Origin: Bacillota bacterium
GTDB lineage: Bacteria; Bacillota; Desulfotomaculia; Desulfotomaculales; Ammonificaceae
DNA: 24,000 bases
Assembly (NCBI GenBank): GCA_040758635.1
Contig: JBFLVI010000011.1
Coordinates: 1,717-25,716, forward strand
Direction: 5' to 3'
Below, in pieces: positions 16,310-24,000 of this stretch (positions are counted from its first letter, which is position 1; every line of letters begins with the position of its first letter). The position numbers and the translations under genes are program-made. The notes under the pieces were generated by a model. It saw nothing but the letters and a program-made list of their open reading frames with translations. It made no database searches and was not told the DNA's origin.

Positions 16310-17143
16310 CTAACCCCGTTCGAGCAACTCCCGTAAAAACTCCGGCAGGACAAAAGCCGCCCGGTGCATTTCCGCGTTATAGTATCTGTACTTGAGCGCA
16401 GGAACATTTTCCGGCTTCACGTCCAGCGGGTCATGTCTTTTAGAGCCCATGGTAAAACTCCACATCCCGCCCGGGTAAGAAGGGACGCAGGCCAGGTATG
16501 TCCGGGCCACCGCGAAAATATCCGCCACGTCCCGGTGAATCCTGGCGATCAGGTCGGCGTTAAAAAGCGGCGACTCGGTCTGGGCGACGAAAAGCCCGTC
16601 CGCTTTCAGCGCCTTGAAGACCATCTCGTAAAACTCGCGGCTGAAGAGTCCGACGGCCGGCCCGACCGGGTCCGTGGAATCGATGATGATCACGTCGTAC
16701 TCGCCGGAACACTCCGCAACGTGCTTGATCCCGTCGGCAAAACGCAGGTCGAGCTTCGGATCGTCAAGGCGCGCGCTTAGCTCCGGAAGGTATTTCCGCG
16801 CCGCCGCCACCACCCGTTCGTCAATTTCCACCATTACTGCGCTGCCCACCCGGGGGTTGCGAACCACCTCGCGCGCCGTACCCCCGTCGCCGCCGCCGAT
16901 GATCAGCACCCGCTGCGGGTCCGGGTGAGTATTCAGCGGTACGTGGGCGATCATTTCATGGTAGATATACTCGTCCCACACGGTCGTCTGGACAATCCCG
17001 TCCAGCACCAGCACCCGCCCGAACCCCGGCGTGTCCAGCACGGCAAGGTGTTGAAAGGGCGTCTTCTCCACGTGCAGGGTTTCGTTCACCCGGCAGCTCA
17101 ACCGCAAGTGGTCGTTCTGGTTTTCCGTGTACCAAAGTTCCAC
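16310..17143 (-). CDS. speE: spermidine synthase (polyamine aminopropyltransferase)
   Basis: MELWYTENQNDHLRLSCRVNETLHVEKTPFQHLAVLDTPGFGRVLVLDGIVQTTVWDEYIYHEMIAHVP, VLIIGGGDGGTAREV, DVIIIDSTDPVGPAVGLF. Confidence 0.96.
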   Translation of the reverse strand: MELWYTENQNDHLRLSCRVNETLHVEKTPFQHLAVLDTPGFGRVLVLDGIVQTTVWDEYIYHEMIAHVPLNTHPDPQRVLIIGGGDGGTAREVVRNPRVGSAVMVEIDERVVAAARKYLPELSARLDDPKLDLRFADGIKHVAECSGEYDVIIIDSTDPVGPAVGLFSREFYEMVFKALKADGLFVAQTESPLFNADLIARIHRDVADIFAVARTYLACVPSYPGGMWSFTMGSKRHDPLDVKPENVPALKYRYYNAEMHRAAFVLPEFLRELLERG

Positions 17144-17164
17144 GGCAGTCCCTCCTCCATCAGT

Positions 17165-17623
17165 TTAATACCAGAGCGGCACGGCCGCCAGAGCGCAGCC
17201 GGCGTGCCTGACGCGGTGCTCCACCGCAGCGGCCTTAATCTCCCGCACGACCATGCCCCGGCTGGCAAAAGCCTCGTGGATCATCTCCTCCACCTTCGCC
17301 TGGGCCTCTTCCTTCGTGCACCGCCCGGAAAACTCCATGATCACCCCGAAACTCTCCTGAGAGATCCCCACCCCGACGGCCGCTGCAATCAACTCTCCCG
17401 GGACGTCGCTGGTAATGTAACCGTAAGCCGTGGGTACGAGGGAACCGGGCGGGAAAACCAGTTCGGGATCGTATTCCGTGCCGGGAGGCAGAATGCTCGA
17501 AACCCGGATGATGTTTACGTTGCCGATGCGGGCCGCCAGTAGCGCGTTGTCAAAAGCGTTGAGCTTTGTCTTGCCCTCGGCTGCAGCAGCAGTTACAAAA
17601 TACTTTTTCGGCGTCGGCAGCAC
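17165..17623 (-). CDS. pdaD: pyruvoyl-dependent arginine decarboxylase
   Basis: VLPTPKKYFVTAAAAEGKTKLNAFDNALLAARIGNVNIIRVSSILPPG... with the Ser-Ser self-cleavage site; likely start GTG at 17623 with GAGAGGGGAT SD (track start TTG 17647). Confidence 0.93.
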   Translation of the reverse strand: MLPTPKKYFVTAAAAEGKTKLNAFDNALLAARIGNVNIIRVSSILPPGTEYDPELVFPPGSLVPTAYGYITSDVPGELIAAAVGVGISQESFGVIMEFSGRCTKEEAQAKVEEMIHEAFASRGMVVREIKAAAVEHRVRHAGCALAAVPLWY

Positions 17624-17802
17624 GTTATCCCCTCTCGTTCCTTGCAAATTTACAACGGTGATAATTATAACGAATATGCCCGTGTAAATAAACTCTTTTT
17701 TTTAAAATTGGCTGCCCTGTTCCACAAAATCCTTTTCCAGCCAACGGAAGGAAAAGATAAATTTTACCAGAATATCTTTTTTATTGAATTTGGGGGAGAC
17801 CC

Positions 17803-19308
17803 ATGCGAAAAAAACCCAGGCTTCTCCTGATAATTGCAGCGCTTGGCTTCGTCCTGACCGCGGCCCTCAAAAGCAGCCCCGCGCCGGAACCGCTCGTCAT
17901 CGCCGCCCCGGCTCTTCCCAAGATTGGCGAGATGACGTACGTCTGGGATCCGGAAACCGGGGGCTTCTTGCCGAACGTTTACGAGGGGCTCGTCCGGTTC
18001 AAACCCCGGAACTGCGACGTGGCGCCGCACCTGGCCACCGAATGGCACCTTTCGCCGGACGGCCGTACCTGGACGTTCAAAATCCGGTCCGGCGTTCGCC
18101 TTCACGACGGCAGCATTCTGGACGCCGGTTGCGTCAAGGCCGCGTTCGACCGGAAGCTCCGGGCCGCCGCGCGCTTTCCGCACCTCCGCTTTCTTTTCGG
18201 GATGGTCGAGGAGGTTACCGCACCCGACCCCGAACACGTTTCCTTCCGGCTCGAATACCCGTACGCGCCTTTTCTGAGGAATCTTGCCCTGCCGCAGGCG
18301 TGCATATCCACTCCCGGCAGTCCCCCCGCCGGGACCGGTCCCTACCGGATCGAAAGGCCGAGGCCGAACAGCATCACTCTGCGTGCCTTTGAAGAGTACT
18401 GGGGCCCAAAACCGGCGTTCAAAAAAGTCCGCATTCAGGCCGTGCCCAAAGCCAGCGAACGCCTGCGCCTCCTGAAAGAAAGGACCGGAATCGTCGCTCT
18501 AAACCTTCCTCCCGGCGCCGCCGCCGACCTGCCCCCGTTCACCGTGGCCAGGACCACCGCTCCCAGCCTGAGCTACCTTGGATTTTATACCAGCAAACCC
18601 CCTTTTGACAATCCCGCCGCCCGCCGCGCCGTAGCCCTGGCACTCGACCGGAAGCGGTTGTGCCGCATTCTGTATAGCAGCCTCCTGCCCGAAGCAAACG
18701 GACCGCTGCCGCCGGTGGTTTTCGGCGCAACGCCGGAAGCGGCCGGCCCGGCGCCCGACCCGGCGGAAGCCCGTGACCTCGCCGACCGCACGGGCCTCAG
18801 AAAACGCCCCTTAGTGCTCCTTACATACAGGGAAACCCGGCCCTACAACCCTGCAGGAGGCATCCCGCTGGCCGAAGAAGTGAAGCGCCAGCTCGAAGCC
18901 GCCGGGTTGAAGGTAAAAATCCGCGTCTACCCCTGGGAGGAACTCAAGGCCGCTATCACCCGCCAGGAGGGTGACGCCTTCCTTTACGGCTGGACAAGCG
19001 ACAACGGCGATCCCGACAACTTCCTTTTCTGTCTTCTTGCCGGGTCCCAGATTGCCCGCGGATTCAACACCACGCTCTACCGCGACCCCCTGCTCGACGT
19101 GCTGCTGTCCCGGGCCCAGCAAATCCCGGACTCGCCGACCCGGGCCAAGCTATACCGCCAGGTACAGCTTACCGTCGCCCGGGAACTCCCCTTTATAAGC
19201 CTTAACTACGGCGCCCACATCGCCGCCTGCACGGCGGATCTTCAAGGATTCTCCCTGCATCCCCTGGGGACATATGACCTGGCTAAAATCAAACAGCGCC
19301 AGCATTAA
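17803..19308 (+). CDS. ABC transporter substrate-binding protein, peptide/nickel family (SBP_bac_5)
   Basis: N-terminal signal-like segment; YVWDPETGGFLPNVYEGLVRFKPRNCDVAPHLATEWHLSPDGRTWTFKIRSGVRLHDGS. Confidence 0.92.
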   Translation: MRKKPRLLLIIAALGFVLTAALKSSPAPEPLVIAAPALPKIGEMTYVWDPETGGFLPNVYEGLVRFKPRNCDVAPHLATEWHLSPDGRTWTFKIRSGVRLHDGSILDAGCVKAAFDRKLRAAARFPHLRFLFGMVEEVTAPDPEHVSFRLEYPYAPFLRNLALPQACISTPGSPPAGTGPYRIERPRPNSITLRAFEEYWGPKPAFKKVRIQAVPKASERLRLLKERTGIVALNLPPGAAADLPPFTVARTTAPSLSYLGFYTSKPPFDNPAARRAVALALDRKRLCRILYSSLLPEANGPLPPVVFGATPEAAGPAPDPAEARDLADRTGLRKRPLVLLTYRETRPYNPAGGIPLAEEVKRQLEAAGLKVKIRVYPWEELKAAITRQEGDAFLYGWTSDNGDPDNFLFCLLAGSQIARGFNTTLYRDPLLDVLLSRAQQIPDSPTRAKLYRQVQLTVARELPFISLNYGAHIAACTADLQGFSLHPLGTYDLAKIKQRQH

Positions 19309-19369
19309 TTTCCACTAATTAAGTTACCGCTAACTGCTAATAATACTAAAAAACGAGGAGGGTAAAAGC

Positions 19370-19879
19370 ATGCCTTATAGCTTCCAGGGCATTCAGAACC
19401 ACCTGAACCGCGTGCGGCAGGACCTGAGCAACATCAGTCAGACCGCGGTCCAGCTCCAGCAGGCAGAGCAGCAGGCACAATCGCAACTGGCGCGGCTGAG
19501 CCAGCAGGAAAACCAGAACAGCCAGCAGCTTCAGCGCATCTACCAGATTTCGGTAAGCCTCCAGAACGAAATCAACGCCATCGCGCAGCAGATGGCAACC
19601 GCACCGGCTTATGCCTACGCTCCCACGGGAGCATTCGGCACACCCTATACCGGCACTTCGCCAACCTTCAGCGCACCCTACACCGGGGTCAGTGGAACCT
19701 TTACCGCGCCTTACACCGGCATGACCGGGAGCTTCAACGTTCCTGCGAGCGGTTTTGCCGGCACCCAAACGTTTTCCAACGTGCCTGCTTACAGCGCGAG
19801 CCTGGCCACCCCTGCGGTCTCCACAGGGGCGGCACACGGCGGAATTTACGCCTACCGGCCGTGGCCTGACAACACGTAG
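19370..19879 (+). CDS. hypothetical coiled-coil protein with PYTG-type tandem repeats
   Basis: 169 aa; Gln-rich N-terminal helix then APYTGVSGTFTAPYTGMTGSF repeats; GAGGAGGG SD. Confidence 0.75.
   Translation: MPYSFQGIQNHLNRVRQDLSNISQTAVQLQQAEQQAQSQLARLSQQENQNSQQLQRIYQISVSLQNEINAIAQQMATAPAYAYAPTGAFGTPYTGTSPTFSAPYTGVSGTFTAPYTGMTGSFNVPASGFAGTQTFSNVPAYSASLATPAVSTGAAHGGIYAYRPWPDNT
19640..19738 (+). repeat. three 33-bp in-frame degenerate tandem repeats
   Basis: TPYTGTSPTFS / APYTGVSGTFT / APYTGMTGSFN at 19640-19672, 19673-19705, 19706-19738, followed by a more degenerate copy (VPASGFAGTQTFSN). Confidence 0.75.
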
Positions 19880-19921
19880 ACGCGCACGGAAAGGAATTCG
19901 GCTACCACACAAACTCTCCCC

Positions 19922-19947
19922 AAAAGGCCCCTTCCAAGGGCCTTTTT
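19922..19947 (+). terminator. Rho-independent terminator
   Basis: AAAAGGCCC-CTTCCAA-GGGCCTTTTT. Confidence 0.85.
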
Positions 19948-20075
19948 AGTTTCTTCCGCAAAAGCGTAACCTTTACGGAAAATCCTTAGGAATCCTTTCC
20001 CGGATTTTTGACAAAATCAACCCGTTTCCATTTGACGTGTTATATGTTAATATCTGGAACAAAGGAGGTGATGCG

Positions 20076-20318
20076 GTGATCAAGACACTCCGCGAGGGAA
20101 CCACCTATACCCAGCGGGAAGTTACCGAGATGCTGGCCGAATTCTCCTGTTTTAAGGACCGGGTGACCAAGAAATTCCGCGACCTCACCAGGGAACTTGA
20201 AGGCAAGGCCAACGAGCACGAACTCTGGGTGAACCTGTACCTCATCGCCAGCGACTACGCGGAAGAAGCCTGCAACAAACGCCAGCGGCAGGAGACCGCC
20301 GTGCAAAAAATCTCCTGA
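20076..20318 (+). CDS. hypothetical protein (80 aa)
   Basis: GTG at 20076 preceded by AAAGGAGGTGATGCG (near-perfect SD); VIKTLREGTTYTQREVTEMLAEFSCFKDRVTKKFRDLTRELEGKANEHELWVNLYLIASDYAEEA... Track start at 20037 lies upstream of the SD. Confidence 0.7.
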   Translation: MIKTLREGTTYTQREVTEMLAEFSCFKDRVTKKFRDLTRELEGKANEHELWVNLYLIASDYAEEACNKRQRQETAVQKIS

Positions 20319-20349
20319 CGGCAATCCGCCTTTCCTTTCCCCGAAAACC

Positions 20350-20442
20350 CCCGGCACTCAAAACCCGGTCAATGTCAATCCCGAAGCGAAGGCACGCCTT
20401 CAAAACAGAAGCTTGCCGCTGGATTGAGTGCCGGGCTTTTTT
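20350..20442 (+). terminator. long-loop terminator or structured RNA
   Basis: 12-bp perfect stem CCCGGCACTCAA (20350-20361)/TTGAGTGCCGGG (20424-20435), C then TTTTTT; enclosed GAAGG-CACG-CCTTC hairpin. Confidence 0.6.
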
Positions 20443-20590
20443 GCCCCCCGGCAACGCGGGCCGCAGTTCCGCTCTTTGCCGCTGCCTTCTTGCCTCCTGC
20501 CCCCGTTTTCCCGGTCCGCGCGCCGCTTTTTTCGCTTCTGCCTTCCCCTTGCTTTTAAAACCCCGACGTGCTACAATAATTCTCGTCAGT

Positions 20591-20665
20591 GGGCCTGTAG
20601 CTCAGGGGGAGAGCGCTTGACTCGCATTCAAGAGGCCGGGGGTTCGAATCCCCCCAGGTCCACCA
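20591..20665 (+). tRNA. tRNA-Ala (anticodon CGC), CCA encoded
   Basis: Acceptor GGGCCTG/CAGGTCC with the alanine-identity G3-U70 pair, D-arm GCTCAGGGGGAGAGC, anticodon arm CTTGA-CTCGCAT-TCAAG, T-arm GGGGGTTCGAATCCCCC, ACCA end. Confidence 0.95.
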
Positions 20666-20709
20666 GGTTTTCCTAAGGGTTTTAGAATTGAATAAGGCTT
20701 TTCGGGTAT

Positions 20710-20757
20710 TGCCCTGCAAACTCACCAGTCGCAACCGTTTGCAGGGCATTTATTTTT
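20710..20757 (+). terminator. Rho-independent terminator downstream of tRNA-Ala
   Basis: TGCCCTGCAAAC...GTTTGCAGGGCA followed by TTTATTTTTA. Confidence 0.8.
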
Positions 20758-20860
20758 ATATCAGTAATCAGGCTTTGCCGAACCGCGCAAGGCTTCCCGT
20801 TGTATTCCGTTTATATGTGGCCACCGCGCAGACACCGGAAGACCCTTACTAAGACAGTGA

Positions 20861-22264
20861 TTAAAGGTCACACCTGCGGAGGATGTCCCAGTAGGCTCCC
20901 CGGTATCCTTTCCGGATGGCATCCGCAAGCCGTTCATTGGCGTTATAATTATAGTTTCTGTCGGGTCTCGACGGGTCAAAGAAGAAGAAGCGCCTGTCGT
21001 CGCCGATAAGCTCGTCAAGCAGTTCAAAAGCGAAGGACGCGACATTCGGCTCAATGAAGAAAACGGGCGTTAACGGGTCGCCGCCGCCGACAACCCCCTC
21101 CCTTAGTTCCTCTTGTGTTACCTGATCGGCAAGCGTTGTTCCCGGGTAGACTCGAACGCCTACGGCAACGCCGACCCGCTCTGGTTGAATACGTTTCATG
21201 AACTCAATTGTGTGAATAAGGCTTTCCCTGGTTTCACCCGGCGCGCCGAGCAAAAGGTCGAGCATCACCGCTATTCCCGCCGTTTTACATGACTGCGTCG
21301 CGTTTGTAATGTCGTCCGGGGTAAAGTTGCGTTTCAACCGTTTCAACATCCCCGCATCACCGTGGTCCGCCCCGAAGTTAATTCCCACGCATCCTGCACG
21401 GCGCATCAGTTCAGCGAGTTCCAGTGAAAACGGAACCGGGGAACAATAGGCATACCAGCGTAACCTGTCACCGAGGTTGCGCCGGATGATCTCCTGGCAC
21501 ACTTCGAAAGCATGGGCCTCAAGAGAATTGAACTCACTGTCACAGGTGTGAATATGGTCAACGCCCTTATCGAGCAGTCTCTCCAGTTCGTCAACGACTG
21601 CTTTCGGCGGCCGGGGACGTATGGTTCGCCCTTTTGCCATGGGATCGGCGCAGTAAATGCAATGGTAGGGACAGCCGCGCTTGGTTTCAACGCCGGCTTG
21701 CCCTCCCTCACGGAAATAGCGCCGGTTATCGACCCAGTTCCGGCTCATGGGAGGAAGAGTATTCAGGGGCGGGGTTGAAGCCGGGTTGCGGCACCATCTA
21801 CCGTCATGCCGCCGGATCAGGCCCGGCAGATCAAGCCATTCCTGTTTTCTTTCTATCCTGCTTGCAAGCTCTGCGAGGACGAACTCCCCATCCCCCCATA
21901 CGCCTACATCAGCTTCACAAACCTCTAATACGCGCTCCGGCATGACCGAGAACCCGACGCCGCCAACAACTATCAAGGCTTCCGTGCGCTTGCGAACGGC
22001 GTGCACCATCGCAGCAAACTCTCCGATGAACGACTGGCGGCTCGTAAACGCGCAGTCGTCCGTATTTCTCAGCGTGAGTCCGACCAGGTCAAAGCTGCTT
22101 TCACCGAAGAAGCGATCTATGGCAGCCTCCCAGTCCTCCGCCCAACAAAGATCGAGGATCTCAACCTGATGGCCCGCGACATGCAGCGCCTCGGCCACAT
22201 ATTCCAGACCGATGGGGGCTATTGGAGGTTTTATCCGGTTAGTGTTTACCAAAGCTATACGCAT
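20861..22264 (-). CDS. cobalamin-binding-domain radical SAM protein
   Basis: N-terminal B12-binding-like domain (MRIALVNTNRIKPPIAPIGLEYVAEALHVAGHQVEILDL...GGVGFSVMPERVL) and radical SAM motif KRGCPYHCIYCADP; start ATG 22264 preceded by AAGGGGAG rather than the track start 22372. Confidence 0.88.
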   Translation of the reverse strand: MRIALVNTNRIKPPIAPIGLEYVAEALHVAGHQVEILDLCWAEDWEAAIDRFFGESSFDLVGLTLRNTDDCAFTSRQSFIGEFAAMVHAVRKRTEALIVVGGVGFSVMPERVLEVCEADVGVWGDGEFVLAELASRIERKQEWLDLPGLIRRHDGRWCRNPASTPPLNTLPPMSRNWVDNRRYFREGGQAGVETKRGCPYHCIYCADPMAKGRTIRPRPPKAVVDELERLLDKGVDHIHTCDSEFNSLEAHAFEVCQEIIRRNLGDRLRWYAYCSPVPFSLELAELMRRAGCVGINFGADHGDAGMLKRLKRNFTPDDITNATQSCKTAGIAVMLDLLLGAPGETRESLIHTIEFMKRIQPERVGVAVGVRVYPGTTLADQVTQEELREGVVGGGDPLTPVFFIEPNVASFAFELLDELIGDDRRFFFFDPSRPDRNYNYNANERLADAIRKGYRGAYWDILRRCDL

Positions 22265-22518
22265 ACATACTCCCCTTCGACCTTCCGTTTGAAGCAAGAA
22301 TAATTGGTAACGTTGTAAGGGCCGCTTCCAGTGTGCGCCGGTCTGCCTTTCAATTTTCAATCCTGTTTTCAATAATAATAAGCACCGGGCAAAACCGCGA
22401 TGCTTGAGTTGGGTAGTGGCTGCCGCTTACTTTCACCAGTTCCCAGTCATTACGCTTCTGACGATCCTTCTGACATTTGGCCTCATTTTTCTGTACGTCC
22501 ACTATAACAAGTATTTGA

Positions 22519-22592
22519 AAAAAGTAAAAGGGGACAAAAAGTGAAAGGGGACAGGCTATTTTTTGCTCCAAAAAGTTACCTATCCCCTTTTT
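22519..22592. repeat. GGGGACA-type direct and inverted repeat element
   Basis: Direct copies AAAAAGTAAAAGGGGACA (22519-22536) and AAAAAGTGAAAGGGGACA (22536-22553), then inverted counterpart AAAAAGTTACCTATCCCCTTTTT. Confidence 0.65.
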
Positions 22593-22648
22593 CCCTCGGC
22601 TTTGCGATGTCTTCTACACGCGGCAAACCGCAGGTCGTAGCCTTTTGC

Positions 22649-23404
22649 CTAATCCTCGTCCCGGATCTGCCGTATGAACTGCTCCATGTGCTCGTAGTGG
22701 GAACCCTTCCAGTAGATGCGGCCGCATTCCGGGCAGAAGCAAAACTCGTCGAAGTACTCCCGGACCTTTGGCGGCAAGCGGTCTGTCACCTCTTCCTTGG
22801 GCACGGGTTCCAGTTGCCGGTTGCAGCGCAGGCAGCGGCAGAAGGGCCGGACGAGGCGGTAAAGGTCGAAGCGGTGCAGCACCTCCGTGAGCTGCGCGCG
22901 CAGGTCGGTGCTCCGCACGAAGTAGCCATGTGTGATCCGGCCCCGCTTCAGGAGGCCCCGGTCCCGGGTGAGGAGGATCCGGCGCTCCCTCACGGAAACC
23001 TCAGTTAGCGCCTCGTCCGAAAAATTGTTGCGGTAGAGGGCGTCGAAACCGAGCATCCGCAGGTAGGTTGCCAGCTTCCCCAGGTGGGTGTCGAGGACGA
23101 ACCGCACCTCCCGCAGGGGTTCCGGCCGCACCCGCGCCACGGGGGAAATGTCGATGCTCTCAAAAACCGGATAGACGCTGATGCGGTCCCCGTCCCGCAC
23201 CCTCCGGGAGAACTCCACGGATTCCCCGTTGATCAGGACCAGGTCCACTTCGGTATGCGGAACCCCAAGCGACTCGATGAGGTCCTTGACGGCAGGCTCG
23301 CCGAAAAAGAAATGTTTGAAGGCAACCTGCCGCTTTTTGCGCGGGAGAAAGTCGTTGAGCTCGGCGTAAAACCGGATCAGACAGGAGTTCACCGGTTCTT
23401 TCAC
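22649..23404 (-). CDS. ThiS/ubiquitin-like + Mut7-C RNase domain protein
   Basis: N-terminal ubiquitin-like segment (VKDLIESLGVPHTEVDLVLINGESVEFSRRVRDGDRISVYPVFE), then FVLDTHLGKLATYLRMLGFDALYRNNFSDEAL...ILLTRDRGLLKR and CRCLRCNRQLEPV...FCFCPECGRIYWKGSHYEHM zinc ribbon. Confidence 0.9.
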   Translation of the reverse strand: MKEPVNSCLIRFYAELNDFLPRKKRQVAFKHFFFGEPAVKDLIESLGVPHTEVDLVLINGESVEFSRRVRDGDRISVYPVFESIDISPVARVRPEPLREVRFVLDTHLGKLATYLRMLGFDALYRNNFSDEALTEVSVRERRILLTRDRGLLKRGRITHGYFVRSTDLRAQLTEVLHRFDLYRLVRPFCRCLRCNRQLEPVPKEEVTDRLPPKVREYFDEFCFCPECGRIYWKGSHYEHMEQFIRQIRDED

Positions 23405-23465
23405 CCTGTACTCGATTTCTGCCGGTGGCCGGCGCCTGTTTACAGATGGGGAAAGTTTTCTTCTA

Positions 23466-24000
23466 TTATGTCCTGGACCGCCGGAAGGCGGAGTCGCCTA
23501 TTTGGGAAGGATTCCGGCTCAGCCGGAGGTCCTTCAGGCTGCCGGAAGGCGATTCGGCCGTTATCCCGTGCGAACCCAAGACTTTGAACAGGGGCCGGCC
23601 GAAAATGAAAAGTTCGAACTCTTCCCGCAAACCCAGCTCGGACAAGGCATACAAACGGATGGCCAGGTCCTTGCGCACCAAGTCGGTGAGCTTCGCGAGG
23701 GTTTCCGGTTCGTCCGGTCCCCGGGACAGGCCGGCGACCAACTCTTTTACCTCCTGGTAGGAACACTCCCGCTCCTGCACATCAATCACCTTCAGAATCG
23801 GATCCCCGGGATTGATGATGTCGGCGCGCACGATGGTGTTCTTACCGATCACGGATTCAAGCCCGGAGGGGTCCCAGCATTTCAAAAGGCGGCACTCCAG
23901 GAAGCGGTGCTCATAGATGGTGCACAAAGAACTCTCTTCATCCAAAAAGCAGCAGGTCCATTCCTTTCCCTTTCCGCGTACCTTGACCAGTTCCTGCGGA
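23466..24000 (-). CDS. partial YkgJ-like cysteine-cluster protein (runs off right edge)
   Basis: Frame stays open from the track's TTG start (23945) to the window edge: PQELVKVRGKGKEWTCCFLDEESSLCTIYEHRFLECRLLKCWDPSG..., resembling Fe/Zn-chelating YkgJ cysteine clusters. Confidence 0.55.
   Translation of the reverse strand, partial: PQELVKVRGKGKEWTCCFLDEESSLCTIYEHRFLECRLLKCWDPSGLESVIGKNTIVRADIINPGDPILKVIDVQERECSYQEVKELVAGLSRGPDEPETLAKLTDLVRKDLAIRLYALSELGLREEFELFIFGRPLFKVLGSHGITAESPSGSLKDLRLSRNPSQIGDSAFRRSRT

Noticed and set aside
17784-18392. 202-aa plus-strand ORF overlapping the ABC binding protein
   Set aside because: Alternate frame of the well-supported substrate-binding protein at 17803-19308.
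19640-19738. Short-period repeats considered as CRISPR
   Set aside because: 33-bp units are contiguous, in-frame within a coding gene, with no spacers; they are protein-level repeats.
20555-20749. 65-aa minus-strand ORF containing WGDSNPRPLECESSALPLSYRPT
   Set aside because: This is the classic spurious ORF produced by translating the antisense of a tRNA; it lies across tRNA-Ala(CGC) at 20591-20665.
20591-22264. tRNA-Ala plus radical SAM gene as an integrative element
   Set aside because: No integrase, no visible duplication of the tRNA 3' end (GGTTCGAATCCCCCCAGGTCCACCA), only one cargo gene; kept only as a possible acquisition.

Overview
This is a GC-rich window that looks like ordinary chromosomal backbone of a Clostridia/Peptococcaceae-type Firmicute (inferred from gene content and codon style, not verified). 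Most genes are on the minus strand. Confidently recognised: SDR oxidoreductase; an operon of a P-type cation ATPase plus two TrkA-N proteins; PaaI-like thioesterase; phosphodiester glycosidase with SLH repeats; lytic transglycosylase; Hsp20; ribonuclease J; a polyamine operon (pyruvoyl arginine decarboxylase, spermidine synthase, agmatinase); a peptide-type ABC solute-binding protein; tRNA-Ala(CGC); a B12-binding/radical SAM protein; and a ThiS-like + Mut7-C protein. No CRISPR array, phage module or recognisable defence or biosynthetic island was found. The less expected signals are a nested three-stem leader before a zinc-ribbon gene, two very short ORFs with strong Shine-Dalgarno sites around 7.07-7.38 kb, degraded gene remnants (including a probable DUF72 C-terminus), two intergenic repeat elements (a purine-rich heptad repeat near 6.9 kb and GGGGACA-type repeats at 22.5 kb), a long-loop 12-bp stem ending in a T-run at 20.35-20.44 kb, and a coiled-coil/PYTG-repeat protein. 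Most long ORFs antisense to these genes are GC-rich artefacts.
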